Both the position numbers and the translations under genes were made by a program. Shown here piece after piece: positions 19,982 to 29,094 of a stretch of 44,978 nucleotides of DNA; within the stretch, counting starts at the first letter, position 1; each line of letters starts with the position of its first letter. The notes beneath the pieces were generated by a model. It saw only the letters and a program-made list of their open reading frames with translations, was not told the DNA's origin and searched no databases. The DNA is from a virus (taxonomy: Duplodnaviria > Caudoviricetes), in the IMG/VR virus record IMGVR_UViG_3300018031_000011, positions 1 through 44,978 of that record; one strand, written 5' to 3'.

Positions 19982-21225
19982 TAGCTCACCTCGTGTTTCT
20001 TCATGGATAGAGCCATCGCGCGTCTGTCGGTTACAACGATGACGTTCTTCTTTGCCCTGGTCACTGCCGTATAGAAGTTCCTCCTGTTCAACAACCACGC
20101 CTGTCCTCTCGCTATGCAGTAAATGATCGTGTGGAACTCCGATCCCTGTGCCTTGTGCGTCGTAACTGCATAGCCCAACTCAAGTTGCTTTCTGGGATCG
20201 TAATCGATGACGTGCCCATGGTACGGGCTATACGTCTTCATTCTCGCTGGCACATCGACGGACCTATCTTGCATTCGCAGTTTAAAACTCCCGTCTTCGA
20301 GATCAATACTGTCAACCGCCCCGATTTCCCCGTTAAACATGTCCAACTTATAATCGTTCCTGACCCAAAGGAATTTGTCACGTGCTCGTATGACAAGCTT
20401 CGGTTCATCTGTGTCATAACGATCCAGCAACAACAGTGGTCCTTTCCCGTTAAATCGCAACTGCAGTGACGGATTGATCCGCATGGTACCATACTTCCCT
20501 TTTCGGGTCGGCATAATGATCTGACAATCGTCACGGGCGAAGTCCTTCGTTACCATGGACAGCATAGCCTTGAGTGGGTTGTCTGCGTAGTGTATTTCGA
20601 ATTGATCATTACGCTGTGGCATCCTACCACTCAGTATTCGCATAGCGTTGGACACGATAGCGTCGTCACTGCGGAAGTTGAATATCAACTCAACCGCTGG
20701 GAACCTCTCTAGTATGTTGATGAATGGCGGCACTCCTTCCTCTACAGGCGGCAACTGATTGTTGTCACCAAAGAACCTAATAGCTCCTGTCTTTTGCAGC
20801 GCATCCATCAATTGCCTGAACAACGTCGGCCCGATCATTGACGACTCATCAACAATCACAACCTTCTGATCAAGCTTCAAGATCTTCCCACGCTTAGGCT
20901 CATTGATGAACTCTGGATCTATCTCTTCGAACTCGTCGGGCATAGGAAATTCCAGTAGTCTATGGATTGTCTTTGCAGCGATTCCTGTAAGTTCTTGCAC
21001 TCTCTTAGCCGCTCTGCCTGTGGGAGCGCACAGCACGGTCGAGATCCCTTTGGACACGAGTTCATTGTACACGTGACCGAGCACCAGTGTCTTTCCAGTT
21101 CCGGCGCCACCTGTAACACCCACGATCGTGTTAGTAAGATCACAACACAATTCCACTGCATGTTGTTGCTCCGTCGACAATCTATCTGCCAGCACCGCAG
21201 TCTTCGCTGCCTTACGCATACTCAA
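19981..21225 (-). CDS. RecD/Dda-like superfamily 1B helicase
   Basis: GGAGTGKT, APTGRAAKR, TIHRLLE, IVDESSM, GDNNQLPPV, YAVTTHKAQGSE, YTAVTRAK. Confidence 0.93.
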   Translation of the reverse strand: MSMRKAAKTAVLADRLSTEQQHAVELCCDLTNTIVGVTGGAGTGKTLVLGHVYNELVSKGISTVLCAPTGRAAKRVQELTGIAAKTIHRLLEFPMPDEFEEIDPEFINEPKRGKILKLDQKVVIVDESSMIGPTLFRQLMDALQKTGAIRFFGDNNQLPPVEEGVPPFINILERFPAVELIFNFRSDDAIVSNAMRILSGRMPQRNDQFEIHYADNPLKAMLSMVTKDFARDDCQIIMPTRKGKYGTMRINPSLQLRFNGKGPLLLLDRYDTDEPKLVIRARDKFLWVRNDYKLDMFNGEIGAVDSIDLEDGSFKLRMQDRSVDVPARMKTYSPYHGHVIDYDPRKQLELGYAVTTHKAQGSEFHTIIYCIARGQAWLLNRRNFYTAVTRAKKNVIVVTDRRAMALSMKKHEVS

Positions 21226-21497
21226 CTCCTAATGGGTTTGACGCCCGGAGGCAACATCGTATCACGCACCACAAACTTAACTGGTGTTGCCTCTTGAGCA
21301 TTGCCTTCTCTCAACACTTGATGCGCAGCCTGCACCATGACTGTGCGCATGAACCGATTGACTGATATGCCCAGAAGTTTGGCAGCAGCCGTGATCAAGT
21401 TCCTATCCGACGGCTCGCCACGGAATACGATTTGAGCCTTGCCTGCACTGGGAGGCTCTCGCAGATCGATGGATATTGTGTAACGGGCTTCGAGCAC
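21222..21497 (-). CDS. Ribbon-helix-helix DNA-binding protein (DUF1778-like)
   Basis: QIVFR..SDRNLITAAAKLLGISVNRFMRTVMVQAAHQVL matches the RHH pattern. Confidence 0.65.
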   Translation of the reverse strand: MLEARYTISIDLREPPSAGKAQIVFRGEPSDRNLITAAAKLLGISVNRFMRTVMVQAAHQVLREGNAQEATPVKFVVRDTMLPPGVKPIRS

Positions 21498-21534
21498 GAG
21501 AATTACTCCGATCTAGCGAGAGCCTCTGTGATAA

Positions 21535-21852
21535 CTAACGACGGTCAGTCATCGTCAGTAGATAAGAGAACAAGTGATAGTCGTGATCACTGGCCGCGCC
21601 AACAAGCTGGGCGAGACGCTCAATCCCTTCCGCTTGGCGCCGCAGTTCACCAGCCCTCGTGTGCAACATGCTCACGACGAGCCGCTTGTCCATGATCTGA
21701 TTGACGGCTTGCGCGCCTTGGATCATGCCTTGCCCGGCCGTGTCATGAGATGCCATCCGATCTTGTTTCTCAGCCTCACGCTGCTTGCTGTATTCCTCTG
21801 GCGTTGGCTTTCGGCTTGGGTTTTCAAAGTCCCTGTGCATGTTACACTCCAT
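21535..21852 (-). CDS. Hypothetical protein
   Basis: 105 aa ORF; GGAG before a second Met suggests a slightly later start. Confidence 0.6.
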   Translation of the reverse strand: MECNMHRDFENPSRKPTPEEYSKQREAEKQDRMASHDTAGQGMIQGAQAVNQIMDKRLVVSMLHTRAGELRRQAEGIERLAQLVGAASDHDYHLFSYLLTMTDRR

Positions 21853-21863
21853 CTGGTTTGTGG

Positions 21864-21892
21864 CGGGACCGTGTGTGAATCACACGGTCCCG
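21864..21892. terminator. 12-bp hairpin CGGGACCGTGTG/CACACGGTCCCG overlapping palindrome 21873; possible terminator after the SSB gene
   Basis: Perfect inverted repeat with 5-nt loop in an intergenic gap; no clear U-tract on the - strand. Confidence 0.4.
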
Positions 21893-21910
21893 TAGCATTC
21901 TCATCTCGTC

Positions 21911-22477
21911 TTAGCGACGAGCGCCGCGTCCTGCTGGCTTAGCACCAGCACCACGCTTGACGTTGCGAGGCGGAGGTGCTTCAGCTTCTTCATCCTCCTG
22001 AACCTCTTGCTTGCGGACCTTGCCGTTGCGTGACGGAGCTTCGGCCGCTTCAATGGCCTGAATCTCTGCACGCATCTCGCCCTCGTAAGGCTTGTGCCTG
22101 ACCTTGATCCTCACGTGACAGCCCATCCACTCGTTCGGATCGACAGTCGTCGTGGCGGCATTCAGACCCATGGCCTCGATCAGTTTACGCAGGCTGAACA
22201 GAGCGCGACGGTCGCCCTTCTTCGGAACGACCTGACGGTTCCACGAAAGCGTTGCGCCATCGGGGAAGTCGTCCTTGACATCGGCAGAAATCTCGTCCGC
22301 CGGGACGTGCAGTCGGATAGCGTAGTATTTGTTCCCCTTGCCCTGGGAAATTGCCGTCTGCACATCCTGAACCTCCGCCGTATACATGCCCGGCGGCAAT
22401 TCTGCTGGCTTCTCGACATCCTCAAGGTTGTCTTCGAGTTCGAGAATGTCCAGTTCGCCATTATCTTCTGGTATCAT
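21911..22477 (-). CDS. Putative single-stranded DNA-binding protein (DUF669-like)
   Basis: LPPGMYTAEVQDV, OB-fold-like strands, low-complexity tail; adjacent to the AAA ATPase and nuclease. Confidence 0.65.
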   Translation of the reverse strand: MIPEDNGELDILELEDNLEDVEKPAELPPGMYTAEVQDVQTAISQGKGNKYYAIRLHVPADEISADVKDDFPDGATLSWNRQVVPKKGDRRALFSLRKLIEAMGLNAATTTVDPNEWMGCHVRIKVRHKPYEGEMRAEIQAIEAAEAPSRNGKVRKQEVQEDEEAEAPPPRNVKRGAGAKPAGRGARR

Positions 22478-22529
22478 AACTTACTCCTGTACAGGTTTGC
22501 TGTGTGGATCGGCCACAGTCTTTGTTTCG

Positions 22530-22784
22530 TTATCCCTCCCCCGACCCGGGAGTTCGTTTGATCGTTCCCTTAGACTCGTTGTATTCAACAAATTCGATTG
22601 TCTTATCATTTCGGTCTAGGACCTGCGCTGGCGAGTCGCAATCGATATGCACGGCCCCGCCTTTACCATCGAGCTTATATCTGTGCGTCGCCTCTATCGT
22701 TTTCTTACAACTGGGACAAGAGATGATAATCATCTTGCCCTTCCCCTTGGAACGTTTATCTTTTCGTATCCACCGTCGGCCCAT
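22530..22784 (-). CDS. Small CxxC-containing protein
   Basis: SCPSC..HIDC; probable start at the MIIISC Met. Confidence 0.45.
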   Translation of the reverse strand: MGRRWIRKDKRSKGKGKMIIISCPSCKKTIEATHRYKLDGKGGAVHIDCDSPAQVLDRNDKTIEFVEYNESKGTIKRTPGSGEG

Positions 22785-23596
22785 TTATCGTACCAACTCG
22801 CTATCGTCATCTGCCCTTTGTCTGGTTTGTCTGCATCATACGTCAGTTCAAACTCAGCCGTGTCCAGGCCACTGAACATCCTAGTTTTCATCGGGCGCCT
22901 TCTCCTTACTGGCCGCACTGCCAGCATCCTCTTGCCCGACGACTCTGACATGTACCAAATCTCTGAGAGTCGATACGTCATGTTATTCACTAGTTGCCCT
23001 CCCAACATCACCGACACATAGTCAATGATATCATTCCCCATATCGTCCTTCCTTGTACTAGCATCCGCCTCGTGAGCCGTCAGTATCAAATGGACCCCAT
23101 GTTTGGCTGTCACCCTGAGGAGTCCTGTCACTGTCTCCAGGACGATCCCATTCCGCCCACCGTAGGCTGACTTCCCTGGCTGTTCCATGGAAGGCTTGAA
23201 GTTGCGCGATGCGCCGACTCCATCTTTCACGGCTTTCTGTAGAGCCCGGAATGTCAGGGCCGTAATGGAATCCGCTACGACTGTTGTTATGTGTTCGTTC
23301 TCCGCCAGCGCCTTGTCCAAACCGAACGGGTCGTCGTTCTGGGCATGCCTGAATAAGTCTTCCAACCCCAGTCCATGTAAAGGGGCAACTGTCACATCTT
23401 TCCTGTGGGCAATTGATACATGTTCGTTGTCGCCAAACGATAACCACAACTTGTGTCCTGGAGCCGTTGCCGCGAATGTCGACTTCCCCACGGTAGCTAA
23501 TCCCCAGAGGAGTATCGCCATTCTCGTTGACAGGTCTGACGCAGGCTCTGCCACTACTGGCCCTAGCTGAATCCTCTTTGCACTCACTCCGGCCAT
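22730..23596 (-). CDS. AAA_24 / Sak4-like ATPase (recombination)
   Basis: ILLWGLATVGKST Walker A, VVADSIT Walker B, LILTAHE. Confidence 0.8.
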   Translation of the reverse strand: MAGVSAKRIQLGPVVAEPASDLSTRMAILLWGLATVGKSTFAATAPGHKLWLSFGDNEHVSIAHRKDVTVAPLHGLGLEDLFRHAQNDDPFGLDKALAENEHITTVVADSITALTFRALQKAVKDGVGASRNFKPSMEQPGKSAYGGRNGIVLETVTGLLRVTAKHGVHLILTAHEADASTRKDDMGNDIIDYVSVMLGGQLVNNMTYRLSEIWYMSESSGKRMLAVRPVRRRRPMKTRMFSGLDTAEFELTYDADKPDKGQMTIASWYDKWADGGYEKINVPRGRAR

Positions 23597-23691
23597 GTTC
23601 TAGTTTCCGTTCCTTACAACAATCACAACACCGTCCCTCTATTCGGCAGCAGATGAAATCGCACCTAAACCTTGGGTCTGTGTGATTCACA

Positions 23692-24804
23692 CTAAGCCTC
23701 CTCTATTGCCCTCTCGCTCGGACTCTTGAGTGCCGGTACCATCTCTCCGTACTGCTCCACCCTTCCCGCGGCACTATCTCCACAGAACGGGATAAGAGCA
23801 CACGGGCGAAAGAACCTGTTACATGAATGTGTGAACCGTGGCGCGTCTTCAAAGTTATCACGGTATTGCTCATACACATCAACTGTATATCGGCACCACT
23901 TACCCCAGGTCTCAAACATCTCTGGCGTTCGTACCAAGGGTTCCACAGGATACACGTCTTCCCCTTTCCCCGTAGGCTTAATTTTAACGCCTTGTACCCG
24001 ACTGCGAACGATCGGAAATCCGAAGATGATACTTGCTGCGAGGCAGTATCCAGTAATCTGGTGATCAAGTTCCCACTTCGCTCGCCAGCCATCACTCAAC
24101 CTCGCTGCTGTCTTGTTCTCGTCCAGTACCGGGGCCTCGTCGAACTTGATGTGATGCACCAGCCCGTCGACAGTTCCTATAAATCGTATCTCTTTCGCGT
24201 CACCAAAGGTGATAACGACATCGAAAGTTTGCTCGATCCCAAGGAATGATTTAGGGTCTCCTCTATCTTCAACGTATATCTTCCAGTTCTCCATTTTCGG
24301 TAGAGACGCATCAATGTAAGCAAGAGTCGCAAGCTGCATGTTCTCCATTGTCCTGACGTTGTCGTCCGGGTTGTCTTCCCATCCAGCGCTGTCAAGGATT
24401 CCGAAACACAAATCCATGAGTTTCTCGCGAGTGCCCCACCCCCCTTTCTTATGAGCACCAATTCCATCCAGTACGTCGTGCCACCGCCTGTATCCGAAGA
24501 TGCGTTCACCTGTTACCTCGGCGTGCTTTGGGAGTTGGTCGACGTGGTGTAACTGCCAGATCCTCGTCGTTGCGAATATCTCGTGCATTTGGTTGCCGGC
24601 CTCTAGGGCCATTGACCTTGCGTTGGTGGCGTATCGGCGTTGGCTGGATATAACTCCCCAGGTCGGACATTGGTTTACGGACTCCAGGCGGGAGTGGCTG
24701 TATGCTTTGAGCTTCTTCTGATGCTCCTTCGTCTTCTTCACCGAAATTATCGTCGTCTTCGATGGAGTCGGCGAGGACGTCATCAGCAACTTCGGCGAAT
24801 TCAT
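23692..24804 (-). CDS. PD-(D/E)XK exonuclease (Cas4/RecB-like)
   Basis: YSHSRLES..CP, GIEQTF, GTVDG, DENKT, QITGY, C-terminal C..FFRPC..IPFC. Confidence 0.85.
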   Translation of the reverse strand: MNSPKLLMTSSPTPSKTTIISVKKTKEHQKKLKAYSHSRLESVNQCPTWGVISSQRRYATNARSMALEAGNQMHEIFATTRIWQLHHVDQLPKHAEVTGERIFGYRRWHDVLDGIGAHKKGGWGTREKLMDLCFGILDSAGWEDNPDDNVRTMENMQLATLAYIDASLPKMENWKIYVEDRGDPKSFLGIEQTFDVVITFGDAKEIRFIGTVDGLVHHIKFDEAPVLDENKTAARLSDGWRAKWELDHQITGYCLAASIIFGFPIVRSRVQGVKIKPTGKGEDVYPVEPLVRTPEMFETWGKWCRYTVDVYEQYRDNFEDAPRFTHSCNRFFRPCALIPFCGDSAAGRVEQYGEMVPALKSPSERAIEEA

Positions 24805-25039
24805 CGGCCTGTTCCTCGTCTTGTTCTGCAGTTGGCAAATTACCTATCGCTGTTAGGTACCGAAGTATTTGATCGCGACAACGCTGTATCAACACGAACG
24901 CTGTCTGCGGTTCCTTAATCCCCAGTGCCGCGAGTGCCTCCTTCAGCCCTTCCTGTGCGTCGTAGGCTTCGCACTGCTCTCCATCGTCGAAGAACTTACC
25001 GTCCGACGCGAGAAACCCTGTGACCTTCTTAACCATCAT
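24506..25039 (-). CDS. Hypothetical protein with acidic tract; overlaps the nuclease gene by 299 nt
   Basis: AGGAGG RBS after palindrome 25048; FLASDGKFF..EQCEAY N-terminus. Confidence 0.65.
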   Translation of the reverse strand: MMVKKVTGFLASDGKFFDDGEQCEAYDAQEGLKEALAALGIKEPQTAFVLIQRCRDQILRYLTAIGNLPTAEQDEEQADEFAEVADDVLADSIEDDDNFGEEDEGASEEAQSIQPLPPGVRKPMSDLGSYIQPTPIRHQRKVNGPRGRQPNARDIRNDEDLAVTPRRPTPKARRGNR

Positions 25040-25054
25040 GGCCTCCTGTGTGAC

Positions 25055-25585
25055 TCACACGATAATGGGACTGCCGATTTCCTTAGACTTATTATTGAAC
25101 GCTTCACGCATGCACTCTTCCATCGTCCAGCCGCACGACTGACACAATAGGTCCAGGTATATTCCTGTATCGCCAAGCTCAAGCCTAAGCTTTAGCGGCA
25201 ACTTGTCTGGCGCCTCCTTATTCAAATGTCCCATTCCATCGCGTACGCGGTTCATCTTCTTGATGATGTTCGCGGCCTCACCTAACTCGCCAACAGTCGC
25301 GACCATCCACTCGCTTACTGTCCACGCGTTAAGCCTATGACCCATCCCAATAGACGATTCGCATCTAGCCTTATTGGCTTGAGCGAACTCCGAGAACGTC
25401 AGTGCTATTCTGCCGTTGTCGATCAGTCGCCGAATGAATGCTTGGATCGCACCTTCGTATTTCACTCGGTACTCCGGGTAGCTATCATCCACGATGGGAG
25501 GCATAGCCTTGAATGCATTCCACACTTGGAGTAACGCACCGAACTCGGCACTCTGCGCAGCAGTCCTATCAGCGATCGCAACCAT
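25055..25585 (-). CDS. MazG-like nucleotide pyrophosphohydrolase (with N-terminal extension)
   Basis: VGELGEAANIIKK and LELGDTGIYLDLL ExxE/ExxD motifs. Confidence 0.8.
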   Translation of the reverse strand: MVAIADRTAAQSAEFGALLQVWNAFKAMPPIVDDSYPEYRVKYEGAIQAFIRRLIDNGRIALTFSEFAQANKARCESSIGMGHRLNAWTVSEWMVATVGELGEAANIIKKMNRVRDGMGHLNKEAPDKLPLKLRLELGDTGIYLDLLCQSCGWTMEECMREAFNNKSKEIGSPIIV

Positions 25586-25590
25586 GGGTT

Positions 25591-25746
25591 TTACCTTTCT
25601 ATGACAGGTCCTGGTATACAGAATACATGTGCCGCCCGCAGCCTACTTAGATGTGTACCTGCGGCGTCGCACTCAGCGGCCGAATAGTACGTAGGACCAA
25701 ACGTCAGTCGGCTGCCAATAACGACAACAAGTATCCAGGTTTGCAT
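25591..25746 (-). CDS. Small hypothetical protein (51 aa, not in ORF track)
   Basis: AAGGAG RBS; MQTWILVVVIG...SAAECDAAG...VFCIPGP*. Confidence 0.5.
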   Translation of the reverse strand: MQTWILVVVIGSRLTFGPTYYSAAECDAAGTHLSRLRAAHVFCIPGPVIER

Positions 25747-25758
25747 CAATCTCACTCC

Positions 25759-25959
25759 TTACTTAGGAAACGCGGCAATGCGCTGTGATAAGATGCTTGA
25801 GTATTCAGCCATCACATCGAACTGCCTTCCCAAGCGACTACGCTCGTCAGTGGAGAGATTCCTGTACACTGCGCTCGTTTCGATGAAAGCCTTTAGCTTA
25901 TCGAGCTTCTCGTCCAATTCCTTCTTCTCGTCCACGACTCGTTGCTGATGTGGTTGCAT
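25759..25959 (-). CDS. crAss001_48-like small coiled protein
   Basis: MQPHQQRVVDEKKELDEKLDKLKAFI...Q..VM..YS.IL..RI pattern recognised from phage proteins. Confidence 0.7.
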   Translation of the reverse strand: MQPHQQRVVDEKKELDEKLDKLKAFIETSAVYRNLSTDERSRLGRQFDVMAEYSSILSQRIAAFPK

Positions 25960-26240
25960 TAGTGCTTCTCCGGGTCATTAGCTACACTGGAAACGTCGAC
26001 GCCATCGGCCATTATACCACGCGAAATGTTGTGCAACCTTCGCGTGTTCACCTCGTTCAGTTCGGCAAGCCCTTGAAGGTTCCCTGCCAACTGCGTACAC
26101 ACTTCGGCCAGCGCCACCTGAGACTTCATCACCTCGGCCAGCCTCTCGTATATGAGTGTCATCATATACGCCGTGTTCGGTGGTATGTCCCTCTTGCGAA
26201 GCTCTCGCTGAAACTCATTAAAGGTCAGGTCAGTCATCAC
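25959..26240 (-). CDS. Hypothetical protein
   Basis: GGAGG RBS; coupled to neighbours. Confidence 0.65.
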   Translation of the reverse strand: MMTDLTFNEFQRELRKRDIPPNTAYMMTLIYERLAEVMKSQVALAEVCTQLAGNLQGLAELNEVNTRRLHNISRGIMADGVDVSSVANDPEKH

Positions 26241-26541
26241 TCACCTCCGTTACGCTGTCACCTAATTGATCGTGTTCATTCTGTAGCTCTTGTATCTCAG
26301 CCAAGTAATCGTCGACGCGGCCCTCGGCTCTCTCTAGTGCCACTATCGCCTTGTGCAGCATCTCGATCTTCTTGTTGATCCTCTCACCAACTGCGCCCTG
26401 CCTCAGTTCCAGCTTGCGATTCTTGGTTGCGAAGTACTCAACTGTAGCGGCCATGCGCTTGGCTCTTACAGCCGTTATGTAGTCTTCGACCGCAGATCGT
26501 TCTAAGTCGCCAAGTGTCGGCCTTAGTATAAGCTTTGCCAT
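26230..26541 (-). CDS. Hypothetical coiled-coil protein
   Basis: GGAG RBS; heptad pattern. Confidence 0.65.
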   Translation of the reverse strand: MAKLILRPTLGDLERSAVEDYITAVRAKRMAATVEYFATKNRKLELRQGAVGERINKKIEMLHKAIVALERAEGRVDDYLAEIQELQNEHDQLGDSVTEVSDD

Positions 26542-26621
26542 GTGAGGCTCCGACTCTATGCAGGGAATTTAACTGGACTTCTACCAGACCTCACCGCGCC
26601 CTTAGTCAGCGAGCGTGTGAA

Positions 26622-26978
26622 TCACACAGCCTTGTCAGTTTCCTTCGCGGCAGGCTTCAACATCAAGCCGATGACATAGTCGTGAATGTCCGTGCCCTTG
26701 TCGAGGAAGTGCTGGCCCTCATCGCAATCGACGAACAAGCGACCGTTCCAGTCCTGCTTCACCTCTTTCTCCTCGCCGTCGTGGATGCAATCATACTCGT
26801 CGCCAGTGACGACAAGGGTATCGCCCATCTTCACGTCCGCGACCTTGACATATACATGCTCTCCGGACTGCTCCTCTTCGGCAGTAGTCCCTTCGTTCAG
26901 TGGCCCTGTGTTGAACCCGGCTGTGTTCTCCTCGTCGAACCCATGATCGTCCTGAACCTTGTCCTTACGCTTCGTCAT
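26622..26978 (-). CDS. Hypothetical acidic protein
   Basis: AAGGAG RBS; stop inside palindrome 26615. Confidence 0.65.
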   Translation of the reverse strand: MTKRKDKVQDDHGFDEENTAGFNTGPLNEGTTAEEEQSGEHVYVKVADVKMGDTLVVTGDEYDCIHDGEEKEVKQDWNGRLFVDCDEGQHFLDKGTDIHDYVIGLMLKPAAKETDKAV

Positions 26979-26981
26979 CTC

Positions 26982-27347
26982 TTACTCCTTACCCGCATAC
27001 GGGATCAGCTTCCTAGATGGCGATTGCCCGGCTCTAATGTTCGCGGCCCTTACTACTTTGGACCGCTTAGGCATGTCGGCACGGGCAACCATATTGCCGA
27101 CATAACCATGACTCACACCCCACTTTTCCTTTATCCCGTCGCACGTCATCCCTTTGTAATAATCAGTCAATACACCAACACGAATTGCTATTGGATGTTG
27201 CGCCGCTGCATGAGTGCCAGACTTAAGGAATGCACAATGCCCTATCGCCAAACACCGGACCTTAAGCTCCTTGCTGTGACATTGCGGAGTATTGCAATAG
27301 CACAAATCAACGTAATCCTTACTAGGCAACGGGCGCAACTTGGCCAT
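26982..27347 (-). CDS. Putative HTH DNA-binding protein with Cys-rich N-terminus
   Basis: YYKGMTCDGIKEKWGVSHGYVGNMVARA HTH pattern; CYC..C..C..C cluster. Confidence 0.55.
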   Translation of the reverse strand: MAKLRPLPSKDYVDLCYCNTPQCHSKELKVRCLAIGHCAFLKSGTHAAAQHPIAIRVGVLTDYYKGMTCDGIKEKWGVSHGYVGNMVARADMPKRSKVVRAANIRAGQSPSRKLIPYAGKE

Positions 27348-27350
27348 AAC

Positions 27351-27770
27351 TTAGCGCTCCAGAATGGTAATGGTCTTGCGTGGTGTGCCTGTTGGTTGCT
27401 TGGCCAATTCAATAGCCGAAAGCACAGCAGGTAACGGGACCTTATGCGTCTTGAACAGACTAGCGGCCGCTGCCTTCGGATCAAACGTCTTGACCTTCTC
27501 AGTAATCTTGACAGTCGCAATGAAGCCTGTGGTCTCACCAAGCTCGTGACTGCCAGCCTCCATGTCCTTCATGTCCTTGAGCAGTCCGCTATCGAACAGC
27601 CCTTTCTTGACGGTTTCGCCCTTGTTCTTGGCAAGTGTCTCAAGCTCGTCCCAGAAGTACCACTCGGCGAACAGCATCCCCGAATTGGTCTTATCCCTCT
27701 TCTTTGCTACCTCCAGGAATGCCCTCAGCGCTATCGTGATCAGATTGACCATTACTGGTTTCAGTGCCAT
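27351..27770 (-). CDS. Hypothetical protein
   Basis: AGGAGG RBS right after palindrome 27782. Confidence 0.7.
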   Translation of the reverse strand: MALKPVMVNLITIALRAFLEVAKKRDKTNSGMLFAEWYFWDELETLAKNKGETVKKGLFDSGLLKDMKDMEAGSHELGETTGFIATVKITEKVKTFDPKAAAASLFKTHKVPLPAVLSAIELAKQPTGTPRKTITILER

Positions 27771-28035
27771 TGTCGCCTCCTGTGTGATTCACACGACCCA
27801 AGAACATGTTCATTGCATCGCGCAGTGCTGTTACTTTATCCACTACCTTCGTTACGTTCCTTCTGAAATACACAACCTCTTGTGAATTCTCATAATCACC
27901 GATAGATATCTCCATAGTTGTCCATCGGTGTTCACATTTACGGCACCGTCGCCGACGACGAATACAACCATTCGCCGTCGGCCGGGAGTCTCTCACTTCA
28001 CTCTCACGGTGAGCACAGTATGGACAAGGCAACAT
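27691..28035 (-). CDS. NrdR-like zinc-ribbon protein (no ATP-cone)
   Basis: CPYC..SEVRDSR..IRRRRRCRKC..RWTTME closely matches the NrdR N-terminal domain. Confidence 0.75.
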   Translation of the reverse strand: MLPCPYCAHRESEVRDSRPTANGCIRRRRRCRKCEHRWTTMEISIGDYENSQEVVYFRRNVTKVVDKVTALRDAMNMFLGRVNHTGGDNGTETSNGQSDHDSAEGIPGGSKEEG

Positions 28036-28117
28036 CTAGAGTAACCCTATGATAGCTGCCAACACCATTGCGCTAACGATTAGCAAAGCCAGATATACTT
28101 TATTCTCTCTTGTCATT

Positions 28118-28357
28118 CTACCATTCGCCCTCTGAACTGCCGGAACCACGTGTCTTCACGGCATAGCCAAGACCGCGGCGTGTAGCGATAACGACCTGTT
28201 GCGTATCCAGGTCAAGCTCGTTCTTCTTTGCGAAATGCTTCTCGATCGCGACGCGCAACTCCTCATGCGAAGTCTTGTACTTCTCGTAAGCCGTTGCGAT
28301 GAGCTTCGGCATACCATCTGTCGGAAGGGTCTTCCAGTCCAGCTTTGCAGCAGCCAT
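28118..28357 (-). CDS. Hypothetical protein
   Basis: GGAGAGTGTT-ATG start (MAAAKLDWK). Confidence 0.65.
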   Translation of the reverse strand: MAAAKLDWKTLPTDGMPKLIATAYEKYKTSHEELRVAIEKHFAKKNELDLDTQQVVIATRRGLGYAVKTRGSGSSEGEW

Positions 28358-28506
28358 AACACTCTCCATTGGGTTTGTCGTGTGAGTCACACAATGATGG
28401 GGGGCCTTTGCATATAGCCCCCCGCATTGGTGCCTCCTACGTTAGTCACACTTTCTCGGATACCCTCAAACCTTACTAACTTCAGGTACCATACTCTACA
28501 GAAACC

Positions 28507-28535
28507 ATGCTATCACCTAATGATAGCTGTGTCAA
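28507..28535 (-). promoter_or_regulatory. Sigma70-type promoter TTGACA-17-TAGCAT with extended -10 TG
   Basis: TTGACA cagctatcattaggtga TAGCAT on the - strand, intergenic. Confidence 0.7.
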
Positions 28536-28567
28536 GTGCCTTGTCGCACTAATGACACAATTGAAAA

Positions 28568-28822
28568 TCAGTACTTAGGAGTCTCCTTTGGCGGTCCCAT
28601 GTGAAAAGTCTTATCGATGGTCCTGTCCAGTTCATTTAGGCTGTCCTGGAACCTAGCCCTAGCCAGGATCGACTCACCATCCGTCATCTGCACAGGTTCG
28701 TACTGTGCCTTCCTCGCTATGTGCCATATCTCGTGGATCTTATCGGCGATGAAACCACCGATACATGTGAGCACTGCCTGCATCGCGAGGATCGCCCAAC
28801 ACAACATCTCTACCCTACTCAT
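28568..28822 (-). CDS. Hypothetical protein with N-terminal TM
   Basis: GGGAG RBS; hydrophobic N-terminus. Confidence 0.55.
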   Translation of the reverse strand: MSRVEMLCWAILAMQAVLTCIGGFIADKIHEIWHIARKAQYEPVQMTDGESILARARFQDSLNELDRTIDKTFHMGPPKETPKY

Positions 28823-29052
28823 AACGGCGTACTCCCATCTGCCTCTAGCAGGTCGAAGCCTGTGAACTGCGCTAGACTGCCTGCGAACTCCCGCGCAGCT
28901 TGATAAGCCGAGATGTTTACATCGAACACTCGGTATTCAGGACGCCACACTATCCTTTCGCCTACGTAGTAGCCATCGTCTAGATCGAATGCGGCGATGG
29001 CCACGTATCCATCCTTTCTTACCACTATCTTGAATTCCATGATCGCACCCAA
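28819..29052 (-). CDS. Hypothetical protein
   Basis: ORF track; ATGA-type overlap with the downstream gene; start uncertain. Confidence 0.5.
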   Translation of the reverse strand: MGAIMEFKIVVRKDGYVAIAAFDLDDGYYVGERIVWRPEYRVFDVNISAYQAAREFAGSLAQFTGFDLLEADGSTPL

Positions 29053-29094
29053 TCATCCAGTCTTCATCGTCGTACACCGCGGCCTCCGTGTGAC

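Noticed and set aside
16685-25585. Z-base (2-aminoadenine) or other modified-base pathway suggested by PolA plus MazG
   Set aside because: No PurZ, dATPase (HD), thymidylate-synthase-like or glycosyltransferase gene was recognised.
26535-27434. 299-aa + strand ORF in the early block
   Set aside because: It is antisense to RBS-supported - strand genes and has no recognisable motifs.
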